Below, piece after piece: positions 1 to 13,188 of a stretch of DNA of 64,000 nt. Origin of the DNA: Azolla caroliniana (lineage: Eukaryota > Plantae > Polypodiophyta); the NCBI GenBank assembly GCA_043228905.1, contig JBHGNT010000015.1:16244001-16308000 (forward strand), in the 5' to 3' direction. The notes under the pieces are model-generated. The model made no database searches. It was given only the letters and a program-made list of their open reading frames with translations, and had not been told where the DNA came from. The stretch's first letter is position 1. Every line of letters starts with the position of its first letter. Both the position numbers and the translations under genes were made by a program.

Positions 1-333
1 ATCTTTACCTCGAGGAGCTTCTTTTCTTCTTCAAACTTTCTTATATTGGCCTACAGACGGTTATGTTGTTGGTAAGCAAGGCAAGTTCCCTTGTGGAGAC
101 ATTATTTCGGGTGCTTTTGATTGTGACTTTAGTTGCCTTTTCTAACATGGAAAGCTATTAGTGATGCCTCTCAATCATTTGTGCTTGCCGATGGCAAGAT
201 TTGAAATCAAGTGGTTAAACTTAAGACTTAGTTGTGTATGCACGGGTCAAGTACAAACTTTTTGTACACATCACATCCTCCAATGTTCCTACTAAATCGG
301 CACTAGCAATAAAAGGGCCTTGTACACCACTAC

Positions 334-440
334 TTTGAAAACCTGAGGGCATCCAAGGAATTTCGAAACCTGCGGGCATCTCGGGAATTTCGAAACCTGA
401 GGGCATCCCAAGAATTTCAAAACTTGAGGGTATATGAATA
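334..440. repeat. 27-bp tandem repeat, about 4 copies
   Basis: Units TTT(G/C)(G/A)AAACCTGAGGGCATCC.AGGAA start at 334, 361, 388 and 415 (last one degenerate). Confidence 0.85.
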
Positions 441-1049
441 GAAATATTTAAAACTTGTGGGTAGAAGACTAATTTTTAAAACTCATCAACGTGAACGAGA
501 TGGATTCACGACAACTCACACAAAACAATGAGAGGAATATTACACATACACACAACGTTTTTTTTTGAAGCTCCGAATAATGATACCAAAGTTCGTGTGA
601 GGAGATTCGTCGACCGAAGGAGATTTTCGAGAAAGTCGATCGATGAGAGGACCGATGGAAGTTCCGGTCGTATAGAGATTATGATCAAGGCATGTGGGTT
701 CGAAGTGCAAGGCACTTTCCCACGGGCATGCCATAATGTGTTACCGTACGAGATGTACGGAGAGTAGAGTGTGATGAGTGAGGGTCGAATGCTATAATGT
801 TGTTGATGTGTATGAGTAAATGTGCACAAGTATAATTGTAAGTATGAGTCGATACGTATGTGAACACATGCACACATGTGTGCATGTGGACATATACGAA
901 GAGGTGTGAGTGAGTGATTAGTGTGAATGGACAAGGGGGCTTGCACCCTTGTGTATCCCTTTTGTAACTATTTAACCCCTTATGGGGAATGAATGAATAA
1001 TGAATAAGTCCTCTCTCAATCTCTCTCTCTTGTCGTCTCTCTTTTTAAG

Positions 1050-2512
1050 TAACATGGGGGTCAAGCAAGGATGTCCACTATCACCCACACTTTTTGGCTT
1101 ATGTATTGATAAATTAGAAGAAGTGGTAAATAAGGTTGCAAGAGAAGAAGGATTCAATGCTCCCAAATTGATGCAACATGTTATCTTATTGCTTCTATAT
1201 GCTGATGATGTGGTACTCTTCTGATATTATGTTGATAGTATGCAAAATTTACTTGGGGTATTAGAAGAATTTTGCCATAGTAGTGGACTAGCAGTGAATG
1301 TGGAGAAAACAAAAATGATGGTATTGCAAGCCATCCAACCTCATCATTACTCTTGCTCACATATAGAGGTGAACACATACAATTTGTTCAAAGCTTTAAA
1401 TATCTTGGTATTGATGTACCTGCCACAAATAAATGGAGTGCATGCTTTGATTCTAGGCTCCAAGCCGGTTGGAAATTGTATTACCTTTTGGAGAACCAAC
1501 GCAACCAAAGTGATACTTGTGGATGGGAAGTAAAGTTAATGTTGTTCAATGCCATGGTAACTCAAGTATTACTTTATGGAGTATAAGTATGGGGTGGCGC
1601 CATCTCTCTTAATGCATGGAATGATATTGAGAAAATTCAAAAGATGTTTTTAAGGAGGCAATTAGGAGTTAAATGCACTACCTCTTACCAGGTTATGCTC
1701 TTGGAAACAAATGTTCGACCCATAGAACTATTGGCACTCCAAAAAGTATATAAATACATTACAAAAGTCAGGAATATGCCGAATTATCGATTACCACATC
1801 TTGCTTGGAATGTTGGATGAAGCTACAAAAGAATTATAAAAGTAAGATTCTCTCATCCGGTTGGGTTGTTGACATAAGGAAATGGTTTAGAAGATGGGGT
1901 TTGGATGATCTTTTAGAGCTTTCGGGCAATGCTATGCAGTATGTCATGATTGAGGAAAGGTTGGTGGAATCATTAAGGATGAAGTGGGAAGATGCTAAGA
2001 GGACAAAGCTAGAATACTACATTGCAAATGTCAACCCTCAATGTTGGTCTCAATATAAAGCAAGAATGCCTATTGATCGTATCCAACCTTATCTCATTAC
2101 CAATATGAGTAGCAGTGCTCGTAGAGCCCTTACACTACTTCGCACTCGATCTCACAAGTTAGGTATTGAAGTTGCATCATGGTATCAAAATGTAACTAAT
2201 TTGACGACATGCAAAGTATGCAACGAAGGCATGGTAGAGGATGAATGTCACTTTCTCTTCACATGCTCGACATATAGTGCAATTCGTTCAAGATATGCTG
2301 ACATACTAAGAGGGAGTGATAACTTAAGTGCCATACTTAAGACACTACCGAGAAGGTTGAGCTCATATGTGTATGCTTTATTCACACATAGAGACTTTGT
2401 GCTTCAATGTATGAATACCCCTTCTTAGGAAGGAGACACATATCAAGAACACATGTATACTCTGGTCCCATAGGTCAAATTTGGCCTCTTTATGGACGAT
2501 AAAAATTCTAAT

Positions 2513-2552
<40 letters not shown>
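1050..2552 (+). mobile_element. 5'-truncated, frameshifted non-LTR retrotransposon (LINE; RTEX/L2-like ORF2 3' half) ending in a (CT)n tail
   Basis: RT motifs GVKQGCPLSPTLF, LLYADDVVL and SFKYLG spread over several frames. C-terminal CKVCNEGMVEDECHFLFTC zinc motif in ORF 1805-2428. (CT)n at about 2516-2551. Clade name is tentative. Confidence 0.88.
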
Positions 2553-2554
<2 letters not shown>

Positions 2555-5500
2555 CTTACATTGAACCCCCTTGGGAGGGGGGTGGAGCCATTCTAGGCAC
2601 CGCCCCCCACCCTGCAATGCTTATCGATCTCCATCGCCATCAACCCCATAACGTTCATTGCCATCATCAACACACATACCATTACCATTCATCATCGTCA
2701 TCATCATCACTATCATAATCATCATCCTTAACTCTAATCCATTAACAAAAAACACCTCCACTCATCAAATGGATAAGAGATTAATTCAAACAAGCAAAAA
2801 TGAACAATGAAGAAAAATGTAAGGGATGATTCAAGGTTAGCATCAGATATTTAGCTCCTTGCCACACATTCTCCTAGTTGGTCCAAACTATCTTAGAATC
2901 AAGATCTATGGGAGGTAGGATAATATTTATTCTATTGTTAGGAAGATAAGTAGGGGGGGTGGCAAACCATTCCAAAGCCTATGAGAAAACACCATAGAAC
3001 AAACAACATAGCTCTTACCTTAATATACACAGAAGGTCTAACACCTATTCTTCCACTCTTAGTCACTTAAAACCTTAGCTATTAAGACACTTGATGTTCA
3101 TAGTTAAGGAAAGATATGAAAGACGAGAAAAAAAGTACTAACAATGGTGTAAAGAATTTCCTCCACCAAACTACAACTAACTCGAACACTTAAAGATGGA
3201 AGCTTAAGTTTCGGCCCTATAGTATGTAAGAGGATTAATATTAAGATTAAGGTTAAAAATTATAACTTCGGAGGAGATAAAGATTAAGATAAGAAGAGGC
3301 TTTAGAAAAGTGTGTTTTTTATGGCTTTTACAATGCTTCGGCCTTTTCACATCACCCCATTAGTCTTTATCTTCCTATGCCTCTTTACAAAAAACTACAC
3401 TTGTTCCATATACGCTAAAATATGTCGAGGTGTATGGTGTATTGAAGTTATGTGTTTTTCTCACTTCATCATTTTTACATGTTGGCTATAGTTTTTCTTC
3501 TTGTCTTTTTCTCTCGTAAAAAAATGTATTTAAGTGCTTTCTTTACTCTAAAGCGTTGCACTAAATTTCTAGTATTAGCATGGTTTAGTAATTATTAATT
3601 AAATTGTGATTATTCTTTATGCGTGTTTTCTTATCTCTTAGCATGGTTAACCAATGATTAATTGAAGTGTGAATATTCTTTACATGCATTTCCTTATCTC
3701 TTAACTTTTATAAGTGTTTTGATAAAGTCTTATTAAGCCCATTTGATATGTATGCTCTAGGTGTGTTACACTAAGCTCACCCCTTCCCTCAACCATTGGA
3801 GTTATATTTCCTTACCAAGGTCATGATGTAAACCGAGTTGTCATTTATCTCTAGCTGGTAATACGAGCAAGAATGGTTGTCAAGTATTCCTAAGCTAGTG
3901 ACAAACTTACTAATTATTCAAGTGAACTTTACCTCACTTCCTCACTAGGTTTGACTTCACTATGAAGCTCAATTCCCTATCTTTAAACTTAATCAAGACA
4001 CTTTAACAAGTTCAGAGATATATGCACAAGGAATGACCACACTTTAATTAATGACTAGTTAATCATGAAAATGAGAAGGTGAATTTGGAGTATTCGCCTT
4101 TATCAATCCCTATAGATCTTTTATGATTGATACATGTAAAGTACTTGAGAGGCAATGTTAGTGTAAATAAACGCAAACAATAATCTTGAATGTGATCAAT
4201 GGAAAGATACTTAATTTGGTTAGCTTTCGGCATTAAGAACCTAATATGTTATAAGACCATTAGAGAGACTTCAAAGACCCATTTGCGCTTCTGGCAGAAA
4301 TGGCAAAACACGCCAATGGTGACGCAAGGAGGAAATGGCCCGAGGTGGAACTACCAACCCCCGCGTTTGTTGTTTCCTACTCACCTCCCACCCTCCCTTC
4401 GTTGTAGGCCATAGGATCCTGCTTGTACTGGCCAGCGATGAAGGGCACTAGGTTATAGTTATAGGTACCTACTTACATTAAGTAGTCAATTTGAAAAGAT
4501 ATGTACGTAGTCTCATATTCTTGAACTCGGTCGGAGGGTGATTCCTTGATTTATGTATAAGCCACTTGTGTAGTCTTTCTCTAATAATCTCTCCTAACTA
4601 ATGGGAAAGTAGCTTCCTTTTTGAGAAAAAAAGAAAAAAGAAAGATTAGTTCTTCATCCTTCCATTTAGTTGTATTTGTATCTTCTCACTTGAGAGCACA
4701 TGAGATAGTGTTCCCTTTGTATCGAACCTTTTGATATAATCATTCTTCCATGCTTTGCTCTCTCAATATAAATACTTTCATTTTCCATTATTTCTCTAGA
4801 TTTAATATTTGTTATTGCATTTTCAATTTCCTACAATATAGCTATTGTTAAAATCCCCTCCATTAAGAGGTATATATTTTTGAGCATACATCAAATTCAA
4901 AAACATAAAACCTATTATGTGTATTATTATGGATTCCTTGTAAAAATATCCCCTAGTACACATTCATGTGGTACCCTTGGATGCACCCCTAGTATACATT
5001 CATGTGGTACCCCAAGATGCACATGTGTTCAAATCTCATTAATTGCTCAAATCTCAATTATTGTTTGATTAATTCAGTTTCCCTCTCTCAAAAGACATTG
5101 GAATCTTGTGTACAAAAGTTGACGAGACGCAACAAAATGTCATTTTAACTCTTTTAATAGCTAGACAAATGGGAAACCTCTCTTTCTTGCTCACTCAATT
5201 AGAATGTTAAGAAAAGTGGATTTGAGAGCAACATTGAAGATATGGACGAGTGGGCTAACATTGAACCACATAGATTCAAGATACATGGGAGGGACAAGAG
5301 ACAAATGATTAAGAAAGACTTATAAAATCTATTCGCTTGCTCAAATGATGATAATCTATAGATAATGTGAAAAACAATCACCATCGTCATATGAATTTCG
5401 ATTACAATAGTTCATAAATAAGTTTTCATATGTTTTTGTGGTGTGTGTATGGAATGGTAGAGAAAGGAAATGACAGATATATATTTATATTCAATTTTTC

Positions 5501-5689
5501 AAAGGGGTTGTTGGAATAAGTTTATGGGGATATTGTTATATACAATAACGATAAAACACAACGATAAAAGTTTGGCCTTTACTTTTTGGATGGGTTTCGT
5601 CCATCAAAAGTGTCTCAACATCCCCCGCCATATATATAAATATACACACACATCATACAAAACATTGTCTACGTGTATATATGTATGCG

Positions 5690-6192
5690 CTAAGTTTGAG
5701 AACCACCCATGACATATTTGCCATGTTATGTGTCCCCTATCTCTATCTACACCTTGTTTTGGACATTCAGATAATGCCCTCATAGTACTTGGTCTTAATT
5801 AATTATTTTTAGACTCTCGATATTGACTTCATGCACGTTCCCTCTTCAACTGTAATCCCAAGATCTTATGCCCCCCCCATTTTGAAGATGGGTGGATGTT
5901 AACACAAGAATGGGACCCATTGTATGCATAAACATATAAACATTTTGTCATTTTAACCTTTTTGAAACATGGATCAGAGGAAGTGAAGAAGACAAGACTT
6001 TTAGAAGCCTTGTGTTGTGGATATAACCTTGTCATCACAAACAATATAATGCTTATGTGGATAAGCAATATTCTTGGAGCACTTTTGTTCAAAAGGGGTG
6101 CTAGTTTTGTGGAAGAGAAACAATTGGATGTTCCAAATCATAGGAGTATACACTCACATTTCACTGCCAAAGGTTATGTATGTTGTAGCAAG

Positions 6193-6243
<51 letters not shown>

Positions 6244-6660
6244 TGTTTCAAACAAAAATATGGTTTGATTGTGTATGTGGAAATGACATTGGCTAATGTA
6301 TTAGCCATTTGTGAATGTGAGATTGGGTAATATACAATTCCAGTTAAGATCAATTGAAACAAATTAAAATAAGGTATTATGAAGTCACCGGTTTAGGGTT
6401 TGATAAAGCACTAATCTCCATATCCATCTCTTCTATTTTAGTCTAGTATAATATTCTTAATTGTTGTTCATTAAAATCTATTTTGGGTAGCAAAACTAAT
6501 TCAAAAGTAGATGAACATTTCTATAAATCATGGATATGTACATAGAGGAAGGATGCAATTGCACGCCACTAACTAGCTCACTTCACTTCATGTGTGAACA
6601 TAATAACTAGACCAATTTCTTGTTGAGCGAGACTGCAAATACTTTTTGTGAACCATGAAT
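5690..6660 (+). repeat. Degenerate ~1 kb dispersed direct repeat, copy 1 (copy 2 at about 9940-11020)
   Basis: Collinear shared blocks AACCACCC, CTTGTTTTGG(A/G)CATTCA.AT(A/G)ATGCCCT, TTTTGAAACATGGA, CAATTG(G/A)ATG and CATGTGTGAACATAATAA occur in both regions. Confidence 0.55.
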
Positions 6661-7660
6661 TGACTTGAAGAATACACATACATATAAAGGACATTTTCAA
6701 TCACATACTTACATAATCATATGCAACATGACAAAACCCCTCCCAAGTATACACAAGACTAGATTTATTTGTGGTTCACATGCTAATGCAAATATGTGGA
6801 AACACATTTCATTATATTTGAATTGTTTGGATTTAATATGACTGAGAAGACAATCACTATTTATAGTGCATCCAATCTTGTTATGAATTTGTTTGATATA
6901 ACATCGAATACCATTTGATTATATGGTGAGACTACAAGTATACCTAGTTGGTCAGGTAACAATTCTCTCAACCATATTAATTAGAGCAAGAAACAATGCA
7001 TTCTCTCACACACATCTCTCATTATGTTAGGAGTACTGGTATAATTGTCCAAACTCTTATACACAAGGACAAAACAATGTAATCCTTGTAAGTTGTAAAT
7101 TGTAATGAAGAAAAAGAAAAGGAGATGTTGAACACACATTTCAATAGAGTGTTTTCCCTTGTCTTTGGTCTATGATCCAAAGGCAACAATCCATTGTGGC
7201 AAAAATGAGATTGAATTGAATTGGTACTTTTGGAGACGTAGCATATAAATTGAGGAAACAAGTCAAGAAGTGGAGCACGGAGTACATCAATGCAAGAAAG
7301 ACAATGTGGCTAGTAATCAATTTGCTAGAAATGTAAATGTATTTCAAATTGGCCTTTCAAACAGATGTTTGTTACAAAAAGCTCAACACAATTAGAATCC
7401 TTGAAGGAGAGATTTTCAAATGTTCATCCACTCACTAGAAGAGTCATCCCACTAACATGCTTATTGAAGAATTAGTGAAACCAAATAGTGGATAAATATA
7501 AATACTATCAAGTTAAAAAGGATGCCGACATATTTTTATATGATAAGTAGAATAGGGTATGAATCAAGTATGGGAAGATTTTACCATTAGGACCATCCAT
7601 TGGAACCTCACTTTCATAACCTGTAAAAGCATGTTGGATTTAAATTTATTTTGTCATAAT

Positions 7661-8273
7661 CATTGTTGCCGAATACTTAGCATACAATACACGTAGAATA
7701 TGTATGCTAAGTATTCCAAAACTATTCTACCTTTTTTTTTAAATACTTAGAATATGTGTAAAATATTGTAAATACATAGAAAACGCGTAAAAAACGTTAA
7801 ATACTTCTTAAATTTTAAGATTTTTTAAATTTATTTTTTATTTTTTATTTTTTATTTTTTCAAACTTTTTGAAATATTAAATACTTGTTGAAATGGTCTT
7901 TTTTGGGGAGAGAATAAAGTGGAGATATGCTCTACAAAGGTGGGTTTTTTCCACCCCCATTATGGAAGGATCCTGATTTTAGATGTGTAAATACAATTTC
8001 TAAGGTAGTTGTGTGAGGGCTTTTGCTCTTCGACATGTGGTTGATGTGGGTATGGTGGTTGTGTTTTCATGTATGAGTTCTTTGTAGCCCTTGGGCATCT
8101 TTCCATTAATTCCAAGGTGAATCTTAAAAATAAAAAAATGAAAAACTTGTTAAATACATAGAATATGCGAAAAATTATAAAATGGCAATTCTAAAACTTA
8201 GTATGTATGTAGTATACTTCAAGGTATTGTAAAACATGTTCTAAACATAGAATACTGTCTTTTAACAACTATG
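7661..8273. mobile_element. Non-autonomous hAT-like element (MITE)
   Basis: Termini CATTGTTG...CAACTATG (7/8 inverted). Flanking 8-mers GTCATAAT (7653-7660) and GTCATAAA (8274-8281) match at 7/8. Many (G/A)AATAC subterminal motifs. Confidence 0.6.
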
Positions 8274-9939
8274 GTCATAAATATGTGCAATACATTCTTA
8301 TCCTATATATTTGTCCGAGACTCATTGTGTATTGGCATTATTAATGCAAGTAAGTCTTATAACAAACAGGTCATTTGATGATTATAAGCCTTTAAAATAA
8401 GCGTGTCAACATGGTTTGTGGTAAACTTGTGCATATGGTTGAACACAACAATGTTATAGCTACAAGAATGATTCTAAATCATGGTTGACCAAGATTTCGA
8501 TGAAGATGTTCCGCCTAGGGAAGTTGATAAGTATATTATAAATTTATAAGCATAGTGGATTAGGCAATCTAATGTTTGATAAATAGATAAAGATTTAAAT
8601 ATGATATAAAATAAAATAGTAGTTATTATCCATTCATATGAAGATCATAAGATATTAGTAAATGTATGTAACTTTGATTTGTATATATTGGAATCTCTAG
8701 TTTTGAATGATTTACAAACATTTTGCAAGCCGTGTTGATTATATTGTAATTATAAGTATAATGTAAAAGATTCTTATATATCTATACGATCTATATATAT
8801 ATATATATATTCATTGTTTGATTTTATTGTTGCATACAGAAATAATCATTGAAAATTAGGTGTTATTCCATCCAACCTAGTATTACCTGATTTCTACATG
8901 CACAATATTATGCAATCCTTTCTCTTCTCTCCCGTTTCATGCACACCTTATTGGAGAGTTTTTCTTTCCTAACCCCATTAGAGCTTACTTCCCAATGCTC
9001 TAGATTCCATTCACAACATGTGACATGTCAAAGTTGGTATCAAATCCAATTTCCCTAACAAGGGACCCAAAGAACAAAGGCAAGAAGCCAAACGAGGTCA
9101 CAAGGATCATAACAATTCTTTACAACTAGTCGCAGTTGAGTTTAGCATAATTATGACATCTGGGATGACATTTGACAAATTCTTATCATAGTTTGGAGAG
9201 GAAACCGAACAATGGATGGAAAAAGAGATCGAGGGTCGAGTGTTTTAGGTACATTCAATGGCCACATTTAGTCAAGAGCATGAAGAGGAGATCAAACATC
9301 TCAAATCCACATTCTAAAATGCATTCAAAGCTAAGGACGTCTAGCTAAGTAAATTTGAAAGAACAAGACAAAGCTACTTAGGCAATGAAGGTCATGTTAA
9401 TGTCGTAGTTTTTGGTTTTACAATTTTATTCTTTTGGTCATTAGAATGTCAGAGATGTCTGTTGCATATTGTCAAATGTTTGGGACAATATGTTCATGAT
9501 GAAAATTTTGGCAAACAAATATCGTTAGTTCCACCATTGAATTGTTGATATGTGATGGGTTACTTTTGGTATTATTGATCAAATTATAAGTATTTCTTGA
9601 GTAGAAGCTAGTTTTCTCTTCTTCTTTTTGTAGCTTATGTGTTAGTATAAATGTCGGAAACAACTCCTTCTATGATGGTGTCACTCAATGAAATAATAGG
9701 TTTCCCCCCTTTATGTTTGTGCTAATCAATTTCTTGTAAATAGAGTGCGCCCTTAGTGATACTTTTGTAGGAAGATGATGATGAGAATTGTTGACAAAAA
9801 GAGTGAGACTTTTCCTTTTTGGATGTATTCTATCCATCAAAAGCGTCCCAATATCCCGATTCTCTCTATCCATATATATAATGTAAAATGAGGTCTCTAT
9901 CCACAATTTTATATATGTATGTATAAATATTTGTTGAAT

Positions 9940-11020
9940 GTTTAAGAACCACCCGTTACACCTTTGCGTTGCCACGTGTCCCCTCCCAATGAAATGTTTA
10001 ATACCTCGCTCTCCACATAGTTGAGTATCTCCATCTTGTTTTGGGCATTCAAATGATGCCCTATAGTACTTGATATTAATGATTCATTACACTCTTGATG
10101 AGGGCTTTACCGATGTTCCCTCTCCACACTTTTATTTAATTGGGTCCCCATCCTAAGATCTTGTGTTCCCTCTACCTTCTCCACCTAGTCCCAATTTTGA
10201 AAGGGGTGGAGGATAACACATGAAAGGGACCCATTATGTTTAAAACACATACATATATTATGTTTAAATGAATGCCAAACGAGGCATTCATTTTACGTCA
10301 TACCTTTTTGAAACATGGAGTGGAAGTGAAAGATACAAGATTTTTCGAATTACCTAATTGTGGTTATAACTTGTCATCCTATATTGTGTAACTTATATGG
10401 ATAATGCAAATTCCTAAATTGTGAGCAATAGAGTGGTACTAGTGTTATGGAAGAAACAATTGAATGGACCAAATTGAGAGAGTGAACACGAGAAACCCAT
10501 GTGTCAAAATGGTGTATATATTGCACCAAAACACTTACACAAAACCTTGATCAGAGGGGGATTCCCCGATCTATGCTTAAGTCTCCTTGTACAATCTCTT
10601 TGTAATAATATTACCTAACTAATGGGAAAGTAGCTTCATTTTGGAAAAAAAAAAAAAAACCTTGATCACTAAATTCTCATTAGAGAAATGGGAAGTCATG
10701 TTAGGTGTTGATATACACGTACCAAACATGACATGGAGACACTCGAGGAGGAGCACATAGAGGTTAGAGATATGATTGATAAGTTTTATGGAGCCCTCTT
10801 CCATATGTAGGTTCATGTGGTATGTGCATGTTCGTGTTTCAATAAAAAAGAATGATTTTGTTGTAGGATGTAGAAAGATATTGGTTGAAGTCTTAGCCAC
10901 TTGTAAAGTGTGCGCCATGTATTAAACATAACTTGTGAATGAGGCGTCATGTGTGAACATAATAATATAAGCAAACCAACTTTTCTTGTTGTGCTTGTTG
11001 AATAGGACTGCAAAATATTT
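9940..11020 (+). repeat. Degenerate ~1 kb dispersed direct repeat, copy 2
   Basis: Collinear with 5690-6660. It also carries CCTAACTAATGGGAAAGTAGCTTC (about 10614-10637), which recurs at about 4593-4617. Confidence 0.55.
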
Positions 11021-11684
11021 ACTACACTACTAGCTCTCCCTCTCACTTTCTCTTTGAGTTCAAAAGCTGAAACACCTCTGATGATGGATGGATGGATTGT
11101 ACTAATAGCAAATATATATACATGTATCTGTAAAATAAAATAAGGAAGCACATGACTTCATTATTGTTCCATCCCATTCCTTTATATGGCCGGTCCAATC
11201 CTAAGTATTAACAAGTTTGATGAAGAAACATTCATTGTCATATTAATGAACATATGTTTGTATATGTGTATCTTTCATTATTTTCTAGGACAAATATGTT
11301 AGTAGTTACTACAGAGAAAACAAACATGTGGGTTATATTATCACCAGCAATGCCACCTCAAAGGATTACACATAAGGTGTTAGAACTTAGAAGCATCCAA
11401 GGAAATGGTGATGATGAAACAAAGAGTAGGATCTTGAAACTCAGAGGTTTTGAAGTGGTTCAAAATTTGAGTCATCAACATTTTGAGCTTACTAGCATTT
11501 AGATAGGCTACACCTCTCCAAAAATGATGGTCAAAACACGCTATTGTTGCAACACATTCGTGAAAAGATTTTGGACCACACCAAAGGTTTCCCACAAATA
11601 TGGCCTACTACAAACTTCTCACACAAGATGGATTGATACAAACTCGATTGAGGTTCATGAACATCTAGTTGACCTATAGTGCAA

Positions 11685-11822
11685 GAGTGAGGAACATGTT
11701 GTGCATGTGACCAACTTGCAAGCGCATCAAAGAGAAGTATGCCACTGACCCATAGTGTTAGAGTGAGGAACATGTTGTGCATATGCCCAACTTGCAAGCA
11801 CATCAAAGAGAAGTATGCCACC
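11685..11822 (+). repeat. Two-copy tandem duplication, period 76 bp
   Basis: GAGTGAGGAACATGTTGTGCAT.TG.CCAACTTGCAAGC.CATCAAAGAGAAGTATGCCAC at 11685 and 11761. Confidence 0.85.
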
Positions 11823-12364
11823 CTCATTGCAAACTTCAACAACCACCAAATAATGACGGAGAAGGGTGAGCCATAACACTTTGGCTAAAGCTTAGTTGAG
11901 ATTCATAAAATACAGGGAATCAACCCTCACATTACCACACTAGATACAATAATGTTGCCTTACTTAGGCCCAAAGCTCAATTAATAATATATCGAGGAGA
12001 CATGATTGAATGAGCATGACCATGTTGATGCTAATGGAGATCTAGAGCATCATGATACAAAAAGACACACGAGCATGGCGATGATTGTTTGCCATGTCCA
12101 AATTTCTTCAGAATACCTTGATGGACTCGGTGAACGTCCTCATAGCATCGGTCCAACCCCCTAATCAACCTCAACTACCATGTCTGCCACTACTTATCTC
12201 ATCCATATTAGTTTTGGAATTCGTGCTTGTAAACCATTTTAAGAATCCTTACACTCCACGCATTATGATCACCATAATGGATATTTGGGAAAGTTAGTAG
12301 GTTTAAATTTTGTTTTGATATGGATAACATGAATTCACCCATATTGTTTGTCTCACGAGCTAGT

Positions 12365-12415
<51 letters not shown>

Positions 12416-12764
12416 TGATCATATTGATGTGGTCCCAACCCCATCTCCTTGATCATATTGGTCCACAATCACATAGATCGACTCTTGGTCTCCCATTTAT
12501 CCTTCTCCCTTTTTCATAAAAGTGGTGCATACATTAAAATAACATGAAAATACAAAAGACCCTTGTTGTCCCTACTACTACAATAGTGAGGATCTTATGG
12601 CAAGCTAAGCCCCGTAACGTGTTGTAAGACTAACTGACGTAAAGGCAACTCCTTCGAGGACAAGGTGTCTGCGGAGCTTAGTTGTGAAATCTGCCAAATC
12701 AATTTTCCTTTCAGCGTACGTACCTCTTGTGGTACTCCATGGAGACCATCGAACACGAACCTCT

Positions 12765-12830
12765 CTCTATCTCTCTCTCCTCTTCTTTTTAATAAATCTT
12801 ATGTTTGTTATTAAAATTCTCTCTCTCTCA

Positions 12831-12875
<45 letters not shown>

Positions 12876-13135
12876 CTCTACCCTTTTTCTCTTTTAAAGG
12901 TGTCCTTTTCCTCTACCTTTTTCAATTCAATAGATGAGAGAGAGCGGAGGAATGTGATCGATTGGAAAAAGTAAAGGAAAGACAAAGGCCCCTCCATTAT
13001 ACATACCCTTACACTTGAGGGGAGGGGGTATTCTATATACACACATAACATAACATACATACATACATACATACATACATAACATATCACATACATACAT
13101 ACATACATACATACATACATACATGTATATATATG
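12765..13135. repeat. Microsatellite-rich upstream region of the FAF gene: (CT)n, (CA)n, (TACA)n
   Basis: (CA)n at about 12833-12874 and (TACA)n at about 13050-13123 read directly. Confidence 0.85.
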
Positions 13136-13188
13136 TCTAGGACTAGATTGGATCAACAAGAGTGTGTTCAAAGAGAAAGAAAGAAGAA

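Noticed and set aside
221-406. 61-aa repetitive ORF (MPSGFEIP...)
   Set aside because: It is the translation of the 27-bp tandem repeat, with no gene context.
334-440. CRISPR-like appearance of short regular repeats (also 21698-21910 and 62108-62535)
   Set aside because: Units are contiguous with no unique spacers, there are no cas genes, and the context is eukaryotic.
5962-6330. ORFs with IYIYIY, MYVCMYV, THTHTH or ERERER runs (also 12684-13171, 17116-17421, 63175-63441)
   Set aside because: Artefacts of microsatellites that lack stop codons.
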